A DNA stretch of 64,000 bases from Eledone cirrhosa (lineage: Eukaryota). Every line of letters begins with the position of its first letter. Position 1 is the stretch's first letter. Positions 28,303-40,017 of this stretch are shown piece by piece. Under the pieces are notes generated by a model. It did no database searches and was not told the DNA's origin. It worked only from the letters and a program-made list of their open reading frames with translations. Made by a program: the position numbers and the translations under genes. The DNA lies in assembly GCA_964016885.1 (NCBI GenBank), contig OZ024741.1, positions 158,100,001-158,164,000 on the forward strand. Direction: 5' to 3'.

Positions 28303-28361
28303 AGGGGGTCTATTCTCCAATGCATCTGATGACAGACTTTACACCTTGGAAGCTGCTTTAA

Positions 28362-28558
28362 CCCTTTAGTATTCACATTACTCTGTATATACTATTATAT
28401 TTTCATGGTAAATGCTTTATCTCACATAATATCGAATCTATGAGATTTTGAAAGTATTTATTTTGAGAACAATACCTTAACATCAGTTTCAGTGACCAGT
28501 TACAGCCAGTTTCAACAGAAAAAGGTAGAGAATGCTGGCCGGTTTGAACATTAAAGGG
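28362..28558 (+). mobile_element. piggyBac-type MITE family 1
   Basis: TTAA on both sides, CCC...GGG ends. Confidence 0.85.
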
Positions 28559-28659
28559 TTAATGCAGAGTTAAGTGAAGCTGTTAATATAAATATTCACA
28601 ACTTCCACATTATGTGTCGATTGCTCTTTTTTTTCTTTTGTATCTATTTATATATATAA

Positions 28660-28960
28660 TCATTTTAAATGCAGTAGCATGGGCTGGATGGTGCTTCTCC
28701 ATTTTGGTGTTTCACTACTTGTTTGCAGTGCTTTGTTATCTTCTTTGAGGTTCAGCATCCTGATATCAGCCTTCAACACTTCTTCCAATATTTTCCTTGG
28801 TCTTCCTTTTCCACAGGTTCCTTCCACTTAGCTCTCTGAGCAATTCTTTAATCAAATCCTATCTTCTAAATGCATCAAATGTCTTTATCAGGGATATCTT
28901 CTCTCTTGCACGCTATATATGATTCCTCTTATATCCTAGTTTATCTCTCAGCTCATGTGC
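28660..28960 (-). mobile_element. Decayed RTE 3' end
   Basis: Remnant of GTCGKGRPRK-like C-terminal motif, similar to 55125-55450. Confidence 0.55.
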
Positions 28961-29788
28961 TCTGCTAGTCCAGCTGGCTCTTATCCTGAGGTCATTGATC
29001 ACTAATTTATGTTTAGTTCTAGTTTTTACTGGGAAAAGTGGTGGTGGGATGGTGGGCTTTTATATATATATATATATAAAGAGGGGGGGGGCACACAAGA
29101 CAAAGACAATGAAAAATGCAGACAGTTTCTTCTCTTCAGTCAACTTCTAGAAATATCTATAGTTTCGGAGCATTAAAGTTGAGACCATTCATGGGATGGT
29201 AACAGAATAAAACAGAGACAATGGGCAAATTGTGCCTTTTGTTTAATTACAGAAATAAAGCCAGAAAAATGTTACAAACCAATGTGCTTCAACTGAAAAG
29301 GAAGAGATAGAAATGTGGTGTGCAAAGAGAAAAATAGAAATAAATAGTTTTGACTGTTGTCCAACTAAGAGACAGCACAAAATGAGTGGTAACTCGTCTT
29401 GCAAGAAATGAGGCCATGTGTAAACGGCCTAAGATATAGAAAATGGAAAAATGGAGGGAAGAAAAATAAGTAGAGACAGAAGGGAGTGAGAGAGATGGAA
29501 AGAGTAACAGAGAAGGAAAAAAAGTAGAGGCAGAAGAAAAGAAAGAAGATTGTGGGCAGTGTAATGTTTATTTTTATTAAGGTATTTAAAAGACCCATGT
29601 AGCTAAGATCGTATTGAATAGGGATCAAATTGTGGTACTCCAGCTGGGCCTCAGCCCATCAGCTGGAACAGATAAAAAGTTAAGAATATATATATATATA
29701 TGTATAGATATTTATAAAAGTATGTATATATATATGTGTGTGTGTGCATATCTTTATATTTCATATATATATGCATACATATATATAA

Positions 29789-30076
29789 GACTGCATTGGT
29801 ACAGCCATGTGATGCGCATGGAAGATGACCACTGGGTGAAGAAGTGCCAAGAAATCCCGGTGGAAAGAAGATGCAGTAGAGGAAGACCATGAAAAACATG
29901 GGCGAAGGTGGTGAGAGCTGACCTCAGATCACTGAAGCTCACAGAGAAGATGGTGAGGGACCGTGACGAATGGCAAGATGCTGAGGGACCGTGACGAATG
30001 GCAAGATGCTGTGCTGAAAAGGACTCATCCCAGCCTTGCAAGCAGGGAAAAGCAGATGTAAAATGATGATGATGAT
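29789..30076 (+). mobile_element. RTE 3' fragment (family 2)
   Basis: RLHWYSHVMRMEDDHWVKKC...RGRP*KTW, an internal 28-bp tandem duplication, tail ccttgcaagcagggaaaagc...(ATG)n, flanked by (TA)n. Confidence 0.85.
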
Positions 30077-30199
30077 ATATATATATAAGCTTCATATTAA
30101 CCCCAATACACCCTTAAAAAGGCTTACTAAACAGAAGCCGAAACAGCTTGGCTTCACGGTTGGGTTTATACCCCCCCCCCCTCTCTCTCTCTCAGTCAG

Positions 30200-30410
30200 A
30201 AATGGTGACATGAATGGACATGTTTTTTTTCGTTTCTACCACAGCCCATCTCATCAATCTTTCTTCTTTAATTATTCATTCTATTTACTGATGAAGGGCT
30301 AGCATCCGAAATGTTAATACTATTTTCCTACTATATCAAGCGTAAAACTAATAATTTATTTCTTCATTGTACCATGTCGTTTGCTTAGTTATTTCTGTTT
30401 ACCTTTTGCA
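30200..30410 (+). mobile_element. PLE pseudo-LTR-like fragment with decayed minimal hammerhead
   Basis: CTGATGAagggctagcatccGAAAtgtt at 30288. Same family as 18.6 kb. Confidence 0.6.
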
Positions 30411-30579
30411 TATACATATGTGTGTGTGTGTATATATATATATATATCATCATTATATATCATCTTACAGAGGAGATGATGAAGAACACAGTGAGTTGAG
30501 AGAAAATATGCTAGAAAAAAAATATCCAACCCCTGCCACCATAGAAAAATGATTGTAAAAGGATGATAATGATATGAGT

Positions 30580-32822
30580 ATCATCATCATCATCATCAAC
30601 GTTTAACGTCCGTGTTCCACGCTTGCATGGGTTTGGACGGGGGTAGTCCCACTTGAGGCAAGAGTGATTGTCTTGCTCGCATAGGACTGTCTGGCAGGTT
30701 TTCTACAGTTGGATGCCCTTCCTAACACCAACCACATTTACAGTGTGGGTCTGGGAGGTTTTTACCGTGTTGCCTACACGGCCACATTACAGCGTGGACT
30801 GTGTGTTTTTTTGTCGTGACACCTACACGATCTCATTTGTTTCGGCCTGGATGGCGCGGCACCAACATAACTTTACATAGAACGGGGTGGCGTGGATGGG
30901 GTGGGGGTGGTGGCGGGACGGGGTGTATTTTGTTAGAGATGCCTACTGGCAAGGCGGGTCTTCTCTGTTACTGAGTACCGCCAAAGGTCTCGGTCCAGTG
31001 ACATTGTCTTGGAGAGGTGTAAGTGTGTGAGGTCGGAGTTTATCAGCTCATCCCATGTTTTTCTAGGTCTGCCTATTCCGTGGCTACCGTCTATCTTTAT
31101 TGCCCTGCACTTTGTTATACAGCTATCGACTTTCATGCGCATCACGTGTCCATACCAACGCAGCCTTCTCTCGAGTAAACAACATCTGATCCCTCTTATC
31201 TCTAATTTTTTCCTTAGTTCGTTTATGCTTTGCCGTTCACGTATATTACTGTTACACATCCAGCGGAGCATGCAAGCTTCGTTCCTCTCTAGTCTGCGTA
31301 TATCCTCTGCACACAATGCCCAGGTCTCACTACCATGCAACATTACTGTTCGTATGCAGGCATCGTACAACCTGCCTTTCATTTTTGGGGAGAACCCTTT
31401 GGCAGCTAATAGTGGTATAAGCTCTCTGAACTTTTTCCAACCAGTTCTGACTCTAGCTACAGTACTTTCAGAGCACCCTCCCCCACTGCTGATTTTATCG
31501 CCCAGGTAACGGAAGCTGTCCACTATTTCTATAGAACCCTCTGCGCAATTGAAAGAGCTAGTATTTTGTGGGCACTTGCTGCTACTTATTGCACCAGAAC
31601 ACCGGCCACATGTAAAATCTATGTTCTTAGTTAGCTTACCTGTGATCCCACTACATCTTTTATGCACCCATACTTTGCATTTAGGACATAAAATGGAGTT
31701 TCTACCTACGCCTTTCCTACACACCGAGCACGACCATTTCCCAGAAGGGACCGCCGCCTTGTTTTCTTTCCTACAAACTAGAACTTTGGTCTTAGCCAGG
31801 TTAATTTTAAGTCCTTTTGACTCTAGGCCGTGCTTCCATGTTTGGAATTTCTTCTCTAGCTCGGCCATTGATTCCGCTATGAGTGTCAGGTCGTCTGCAT
31901 ATAGGAGTTCCCATGGGCAGCCTGTCTTGAACTCCTCTGTTATAGCCTGAAGGGCAATAATAAATAGTAGGGGGCTGAGAACAGAGCCCTGATGGACGCC
32001 AACTTTTACGCTAAACTCTTCACTATATTCGTTGTTAATTCTAACCTTGTTGACTGTTTCTTTATACATGGCTTGTATAGCCCTCACAAGCCATTCGTCA
32101 ACGCCTAGTTTTCTAAGAGCCCACCAGATAATGGAGCGGGGGACTCTGTCGAAGGCTTTCTCCAGGTCGACAAAAGCTAAGTAGAGGGGTTTACCTTTAG
32201 CTAGGTACTTCTCCTGTAGTTGTCGTACTATGAAAAGAGCGTCTGTGGTGCTTTTGCCTGACACAAACCCGAACTGCATTTCATCTAGGTCAATTCTCTC
32301 TCTGATTAGTTGCGCTATTACTTTTTCCGTGACCTTCATGACCTGGTCGATTAATTTAATGCCTCTATAGTTACTCCTATCTAGAGCGTCTCCTTTACCC
32401 TTATAACAGTTAACGATGATGCTGCTATGCCAGTCCTTTGGAACAACCCCATTCTGTACGACTTGGTTAACTATGCGGGTGACCATGGTGTGTCCCACCG
32501 TGCCAGATGCCTTCAGCATCTCAGCAACTATTTCCGAAGGCCCAGCCGCCTTACCCGTCTTCATATCCTTGATTGCCTTACTTATTATACTCCCCTCGAC
32601 TAACACTGCTGGTCCCTCTATCGGGTCGATATGGGGGAGACTGTCTTTCTCCCATTTATTCTCCTCATTTAGTAGCCTTTCATAGTGACACTTCCAAGCT
32701 ACCTTCTTATCAGTGTCGGTGATGGCAAGTATGCCATCATCGTTAAGTACACACTTCTCCCCGACAATATCACGGTTTTCCTTGACGCATTGCCTGGCAA
32801 TCCTGAACACCTCACGTTTTTG

Positions 32823-32825
<3 letters not shown>
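30580..32825 (-). mobile_element. Young 5'-truncated RTE-clade LINE (RT with inserted PHD finger), about 350-nt 3' UTR, (ATG)n tail
   Basis: About 630 uninterrupted codons: FVDLEKAFDRV, GVHQGSVLSP, LLYADD, FRYLG, RRLRWYGHVMR, GRPRKTW. The 5' end abuts (TA)n and lacks the endonuclease. Confidence 0.95.
30933..32825 (-). CDS. RTE reverse transcriptase ORF (5'-truncated; the first ~50 aa of the track ORF are microsatellite and flank)
   Basis: ORF track 30933..32978. Genuine LINE homology starts at DQKREVFRIARQ. Confidence 0.85.
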
Positions 32826-32864
<39 letters not shown>

Positions 32865-32893
32865 ATATATGTATATGTATGTATATATGTATG

Positions 32894-32924
<31 letters not shown>

Positions 32925-32944
32925 GTATGTATATATATTTACCA

Positions 32945-33315
32945 AAAAGAAGAACAAGTCAACATCATTGGATACCATCAGAGTTGCAGGTGTTATATCA
33001 GAGTTTTCCTTCTCCTAGAATTCTGCCTTGACAAAGGCTAAGGGGTCATCTCTCCTGGTGATTTTGGATGGCCATTGACTCTTAAGAGCTCCTTTGCCCT
33101 TGGTTAAGAGAGTGGGACTGGCTTTGTGCAGTGACTTTGCTCACTATAAAAGCTTCACGTCACAGGCATTGCTTTATATCTGGAGATCTCTCTGCACTTG
33201 TCATCACATGGTACCATGGGCCCAGCACTATGTGTCAGTAATTGTCACAAGTGTAGTGTTTGTACCAGAGTTTTCAAGTCGCTAGCTGAACTAAAAAGTC
33301 ACACTCGTTGGCAGC
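32945..33315 (+). pseudogene. Decayed C2H2 zinc-finger fragment, probably a LINE C-terminus
   Basis: CSVCTRVFKSLAELKSHTR, preceded by a broken finger (CSD...KSFTSQ...LHLSSH), with stops upstream. Confidence 0.45.
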
Positions 33316-33319
33316 CACC

Positions 33320-33860
33320 ATATATATATATACACATATATCTAGGTATGTATATATGTATGTATGTATATATATATATATACACATATACCTAGGTATG
33401 TATATATGTATATATATATGTATGTGTATATATATATATATACACATATATCTAGGTATGTATATATGTATGTATATATATGTATGTGTATATATATATA
33501 TACACATATATATATATACACATATAACTAGGTATGTATATATATATACACATATATCTAGGTATGTATATATATATACACATATATCTAGGTATGTATA
33601 TATATATACACATATATCTAGGTTTGTATATATATACACACATATATCTAGGTTTGTATATATATATATACACACATATATCTAGGTATGTATATATATA
33701 TATACACATATATCTAGGTATGTATATATATATACACACATATATCTAGGTATGTATATATATATATATACACACATATCTAGGTATGTATATATATATA
33801 CACATATATCTAGGTATGTATATATATATATATATATATACACATATATCTAGGTATGTA
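33320..33860. repeat. Minisatellite with core cacatatatctaggtatg and variable (TA)n spacers
   Basis: More than ten visible units of about 30-35 bp. Confidence 0.9.
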
Positions 33861-34436
33861 TATATGTATTTATATATGTAGATATGTATATATGTATGTA
33901 TATATATGTATATATATATGTATGCATATATATATTTTTGTACTTTTATATCTGAGTCCCAGTTTGGTGCCATGCTGTCTCTAACTGTTCTATAAATGAG
34001 TATTCACATCCATAGGAACCGTTTCTAGAATGTTCCGACTGTCACAACTTTCAAATACTTCTGCACTTCAATCATTGGAAAATCTCACACACACACATGT
34101 ATATATATACACACACCTATACACACACACTTATATACAGAGTAAGAGAGAAAAAAAACAAACACATACATTTACCAACACACACACATACAAATACACA
34201 CACCCACACACTTATATACATACAAAGAGAGAGAGAGAGACATACATACATTCACCAACATACATACATATGTATATACAGAGCGAGAGGGGGAGAAAAG
34301 CCACACATACATATATTTCCAATTTCGTCGAAATTCATCCGTAATTTTTGCTAGCAGGGAAAGCAGATGTTACACACACATACACACACACAATCACACA
34401 CACACTTGAATTCATATTGAAACTGTTCTGGGTTAA

Positions 34437-35087
34437 CACTTTCATTATTATATTTCAGATGAAACATAATTTTCAAATAATTTTGGAAACAATCAAGAAT
34501 TTTTTAGGGATTTAGTAATATAAAACTTACTTACTCGTTATTAAGTTGGTGTTTGGAAGATAACTTAATAACGGTTCTTAATTAAAAATTTGATGGAATG
34601 TTTCCAGATAAATATTAACATTAAGGATTGTCATTACCATACTTGCAATGAAATACACTGCCTATGACTTTCAAATAATTTTGAAAATTATCAAGAATTT
34701 GGGTGCGGTGAAATTTTGTCATAACTAACTTTATTGTTATTCAATTGGTGTTTGGAACATAACTTAATCATTTAGCATTTAAACCGGCCATATCCGGCCA
34801 GAATTCTCTCACCTATTTCTGTTCAAACCGACTGTAACCAGCTTCTTTTACCGATGTTAAGGTACTGTTCTCAAAATAAAGAATATCAAAATCTCATAGA
34901 TTCGGTATTGTGAGATAATTATGTGAGGTAAAGCCTTTACCCTGAAAATATAATAGTATATATAGAGTAATGTGAATGCTAAAGGGTTAAAGATTCTTCC
35001 ATAAAATTTTGATAGAAGGTTTTTAGATGAATACAGTTTTGTATATTAGAACAAGAGACAATTTCATATTGTTTGGTATCAAAAAGG
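34437..35087. mobile_element. piggyBac-type MITE family 2 containing a nested family 1 MITE (34768-34986)
   Basis: Outer TTAA|cactttcatta...ggtatcaaaaagg|TTAA. Inner element bounded by TTAA at 34764-34767 and 34987-34990. Confidence 0.7.
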
Positions 35088-35688
35088 TTAATGAGTGATT
35101 GGTTAGTAGGGTGGAGGGGTACAAAAGCAACAATATTTTGATGTTTAGTAGCAGAGAGCTCCAGGGAATGTGTCTGTGGTTCTGGGTAGGAGGAAGGGCT
35201 GGTTGGTGCACTGGATGTTTGGAAAGAGAGGAATTTGTGTGATTCTAGGTAGGAGACCAGTTTGGCTCACCATGTATTTGGTAGTGGAGAGTTCCAGGGA
35301 AAGGCTATGTGGTTCTGGGTAGGAAGAAGAGTTGGTTGGATGGCTGGTTGGCTGGTACAATGTATTTGGTAGCGTGGGAACTTCATGACAGAAAGGGTGT
35401 GGATCAATTTAGAAGTAGGGAGGGGATGAAATGTTGTTAGTGGCAGGCATATGATTAGTTGTCTTGTTCTGACCTCTACCCCACTGCCACCACCCACCTA
35501 CTTACCTCCCCACCTACACATCTGCTACAAACTCTATCACAACCTACCCCAAGGTACTCATTTACTACTAGCCACTATAATTTCAGATTGTTCTTTAATG
35601 TCAGGTTTAAATAACACTCCAGCTTTACACTTCTCTCTCTTTCCTCTTTTCTTTCCTTTTGTGTTACTTTTTCTTTACTTCCTTTCCC

Positions 35689-35811
<123 letters not shown>

Positions 35812-36289
35812 TCCTACTTTCTTTCTCTATTTCTCTCCCATTTCTTTGTTTCTCTCTTGCCCTCTCACTTCCCCATTTCTCGTCTGTCTGTCTGTCGTCT
35901 GTCTGTCTGTACTTTATATTATTTCCCTTCATTGTGTTAGAACTTCCTCTCTTCACATCTTTAAAAAGAACACTGCCTATGATTTTCATATAATTTTGAA
36001 AATAATCAAGGATTTGGAAAGATTTAGTAATATAACTAACTTTCTCATTAAGTTGATGTCTGGAACATAACATAACAAAGGTTCTTATATGAAATTATGA
36101 AGGAATATTTTTAGATGAATATAAACACTTTTAAACAGTTTTGTTTCATAGAACCATGAGTGGTTTGGTGTTAAAAGACAATTTTATATTTATAATTTAT
36201 TTCCTGATGTCAATATTTTCATTGCATTGTCTGTGCAACTTGGTCACTCAATATAAAGTAAAGTTAAAAGTTTTTCTGTGTTAAATATT

Positions 36290-36635
36290 TAAAATAACTC
36301 TTCTATGTAGTAAATGTTTTAGTTTCAACACACAGTCTCAGGTCAATCACTCGTCAGACAGGTACAACTATGGCTAAAATAACTCTTCCATGTAGTAATT
36401 GATTTAGTTTCAACACACAGTCTCAGATCAAGACACTCGTCAGACAGGTACAACTATGGCTAAAATGACTCTCCGATGTAGTAATTGATTTAGTTTCAAT
36501 ACACAGTCTCAAATCAATCACTTGCCTGATAGGTACAACTCTGGCTAAAATGACTCTTCGATACACTAATTGATTTAGTTTCAATACACAGTCTCAGATC
36601 ATATATGTGACTTGCCAGACAGGTACAACTCTTTT
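36290..36635. repeat. Tandem repeat, about 86-bp unit, 4 copies
   Basis: ggtacaact recurs at 36361, 36447, 36532 and 36622. Confidence 0.9.
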
Positions 36636-36699
36636 TAAAAGAGTTAATAATCTCTTTCTTCTCTTCTTTCTTTTTTAAACTATTTCTTCTTTGCAAAGT

Positions 36700-37970
36700 A
36701 GTGTAGTGTAGTAAGTGCTGTTGGTGTAGTGTTTATTGAGTACTGTTAATGTAGTGTAATGAAGTGTGGTGAGTACTATTAGTAGAGTATAATGTAGTGT
36801 AGTGCTGTTAGGATAGTGAATGGTATAGTGTATTGAGTACTGTTAATTTAGTGTAATGAGTAGTACTATTAGTAGAGTGTAATGTAGTGTAGTGCTGTTA
36901 GGGTAGTCAACGGTATAGTGTATTGAGTACTGTTAATGTAGCATAATGAGTACTATTAGTAGAGTGTAATGTAGGGTAGTGTATTGAATGCTGTTAGTGT
37001 AGTGTTATGTAGTATAGTGCTGTTAGTGTAGTATAGTGTAGTGTAATGTAGTGTAGTATAATGTAGTGTAGTGCTGTTAATGTAGTGTAGTGTAGTGCTG
37101 TTAGTGCAGTATAATGTGTATTGAGTGCTGTTAGTATTGTGAACAGTTTGGTATAGTGATGTTAATGTGGTGAACGGTATAGTGTAGTGAACAGTATAGT
37201 GTAGCAAGTGCTGGTAGTGTAGTGTAATGTGTTACTGCTGCTCATGTTGTAGCAAATATCTCTGCTGGAAGCCAGATGTAAACAGCTCTCAAGATATTAC
37301 ATTGTTCGTTTTTGTCTTTGCTCTCTTGTAAGACTGCTCGTGTTGTCCTTGTTGATATTTGTATTTGAAGCCAAGGAACATCATTTCTCTTCTCTTGTAA
37401 AGCTGTTAGTGTTGTCATTGTTGCTGCTGATGCTGGTGCTGCTACTATTGGTGCCGCTGCTGCTACTGTTGTTGCTGTTGCTGCTGATCTTGCTGCAGTT
37501 GCTATGTTGCTACTATTGCTGTTGGTGGCGCTGTTGCTACTATTGCTGCTGGTACTGCTGCTGCCACTATTACTGTTGTTGTTGTTGTAGCAGATATCTG
37601 TACTTGAAGCTAAATTGAAACATATTTTGTCTTTTGTTGTTGTCATTGCTGCTACTGTTGTTGTTGTTGTTGCTGCTGCTGCTGCTACTGTTATTGTGGC
37701 AGATATCTGTACTTGAAGCCACATTGAAGCATCTTTGAAGTTCACACATTGTTCTCTCTTATCTTTCTTTTATTGTCAGTCTGTTGTTGTCTATTGGTAT
37801 TGTTGTTGTTAGGTCATTGTTGCTGTTGCTGAAGTGGCTGGATATATTGGTGCTGTTGTTGTTGCTGCTGTGTCTTCTAAATAATGAGGAAGAGGATTTT
37901 GCTGCTGCTGCTACTACTACTACTACTACTACTACCACTAATAATAATAATAATAATGATGATGATGATA
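36700..37970. repeat. Degenerate (GTAGT)n followed by (GCT/GTT/ACT/AAT)n trinucleotide arrays
   Basis: Direct inspection. A higher-order unit gcagatatctgtacttgaagc recurs. Confidence 0.85.
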
Positions 37971-37974
37971 ATAA

Positions 37975-38548
37975 AAATGTATCGTAGCCAAAAGTGCAAA
38001 AATCAAAAGATATAAGAGCATGGTTAACCAGTATAGACAAAATTGCATATTCAACAACAACTAGATGTTATTTGAACAGCTTGAGAAAGAAAGAGGCAAT
38101 GATGCTATCCCTGAGGCTGAACAGACTAACACATTTTGGAGAAGCATATGGGAGCAGGATGTTGAGCATAATTGTCGAGCAAAGTGGACTGAGACTATTA
38201 AAAAGGAGCTTAACCATTTAGCATTTACATTACTCTATATTTACTATTAGATTTTCCTGGTAAACTTTTTATCTCACATAATAATCTCACATGAGATTTT
38301 GATATTATTTATTTTGAGGATAATACCGTAACATAAGTATGAACAGCCACTTATTGCTGGTTTGAACAGAAAGAGGTGAGAGAATTCTGGTCGGATATGG
38401 CCAGTTTAAATGCGAAAGGGTTAATGAACAAGCACAGCAACAACCTGATTTGAGTATTTCAGTTGAAACCATTAAAAAGCAGGCCAATAAATTGACCAAC
38501 TGGAAATCATCAGGCCCTGATGATGTGCTAGGATATTGGACTAAATAT
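37975..38548 (+). mobile_element. R4/Dong-like non-LTR fragment split by a MITE
   Basis: AKSAKIKRY...QYRQN...FWRSIWEQDVEHN..AKW...KKELN|EQAQQQ...NWKSSGPDDVLGYW. Follows an (AAT)n run. Confidence 0.75.
38214..38420 (+). mobile_element. piggyBac-type MITE family 1
   Basis: TTAA at 38210-38213 and 38421-38424. Removing it restores the R4-like reading frame. Confidence 0.85.
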
Positions 38549-38904
38549 AATGTCTCTCTACCAAATACTGACAGCCATGTCAATGGTGTTTACTTTTATT
38601 TACTACAAATGTGCCAAATAAAGGTGACATTACAAAGACAGATTATATTTCCACATATATAGCTCTACGAAAATGACATCATAAGTAGGCCTTTCTTTCT
38701 CTCTTTCTCTCTCCTTCTCTCTCTCCTTCTCTCCCCTCCTCTCTCATATATTTGTATATAACATTGCACAAATTATATCACAGGGATGCACCTGCCGAAC
38801 TGTTGTACTCTCCTGATGAAGAACTAACATCCGATACGTCAAACTTCTTTTTTCTCTCTTTCATCCAAAGCATGAGCCTAATAAGGCTAATTGCTTTTGT
38901 ATCT

Positions 38905-39210
38905 CTGTGGCTTTGTGGTTAGGGAATTTGGCTCACAATTGTAAGGTCGTGAGTTCGATTCCCGACAGCGCGTTGTGTCCTTGAACAAGACATTTTATTT
39001 CACATTGCTCCAGTTCATTCAGCTGGCAAAATAAGTTGTACCTGTAATTCAAAGAGCCAGCCTTATCACGTTCTGATTCATGCCAGATATTCCTGAGAAC
39101 TACATTAAGGGTACACATGTTTGTGGAATGCTCAGCCACTTTCATGAGCAGGCTGTTCCATTGATCGGATCAACTGGAACACTCGCCATCGTAACCAACG
39201 GAGTGACTTC
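38905..39210 (+). mobile_element. SINE family D
   Basis: A box tggctttgtgg, B box gagttcgattccc, CORE-like block. Body matches 11297-11632. Confidence 0.85.
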
Positions 39211-39259
39211 CTTCCTATATATCATCATCATCATCTCTCTCTCTTTCTCTCTCTCTATA

Positions 39260-39458
39260 AAGTGGTTACACAACAATTAGTTCACCATACTGAGAACAAT
39301 TGTTTCACCTTAGCGGATCCTCAGCTCAGGATCCGCTAAGGTGAAACAATTGTTCTCGGTATGGTGAACTAATTGTTGTGTAACCACTTCTACCTAACTC
39401 GTCCCATGGACTGAGTGCTCTACCACTACAGATATTACCTTCCAGTGTTCCACCACTA
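39260..39458. mobile_element. Short fold-back PLE pseudo-LTR insertion (130-bp palindrome plus tail)
   Basis: 39260-39389 is a near-perfect palindrome centred on AGCT at 39323-39326. Sequence matches 43283-43418. Confidence 0.85.
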
Positions 39459-39844
39459 TCTATATATATATATATATATATATGGATTACCATATATATA
39501 TATATATATATATATGGATTACTGTAAAACTAATCGGAGCGTCATTAATGAAATCAATGATGGTGGGTTTAAAATCACCTCTGATCTCAACATCCTGGAC
39601 CGGACTGAACGTCTGGACCCTATTTCTCCACACTTTACCCTGAAGGATCACAAATCCAATTTTCCGAACAACTCTTCTATTCTGATTTAAGTAGACTTAG
39701 TAAAAGGATTCTTGATAGAATATCTGAAATTAGAAATTTGGCCCCTCTTGCACTGTGGAACAATTCTTTCGTGGTGATTGATTAGTTCAATGGCATATGC
39801 AACAAGGAACATTGCCGTTTTATCCAATTCGACATCAATAATTT

Positions 39845-40017
39845 GGCAGTATCGGTAGAGGGTCGGACGCCATGCTTTCCAGCATAGTTACGTCCCTTTA
39901 CGATCTGAGTTCAAATCCCGCCGAGGTTGACTTTGCCTTTCATCCTTACGGGGTCGATAAAATAAAGTACCAGTAATGAACTGGGTAATTGCTGGCCTTG
40001 TGCCTAAAGTAGAAACA
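39845..40017 (+). mobile_element. SINE family A nested in the PLE RT
   Basis: TSD AATAATT. Removing it restores QFDINNYYSSIT. It supplies the false start of ORF 39976. Confidence 0.9.

Noticed and set aside
36290-36635. CRISPR-like array or tandem retrozyme
   Set aside because: Whole units repeat with no unique spacers, there are no cas genes and no ribozyme core, and the context is eukaryotic.
37242-37745. 167-aa Ala/Thr/Ser-rich ORF
   Set aside because: Trinucleotide-repeat translation without clear splice or homology support.
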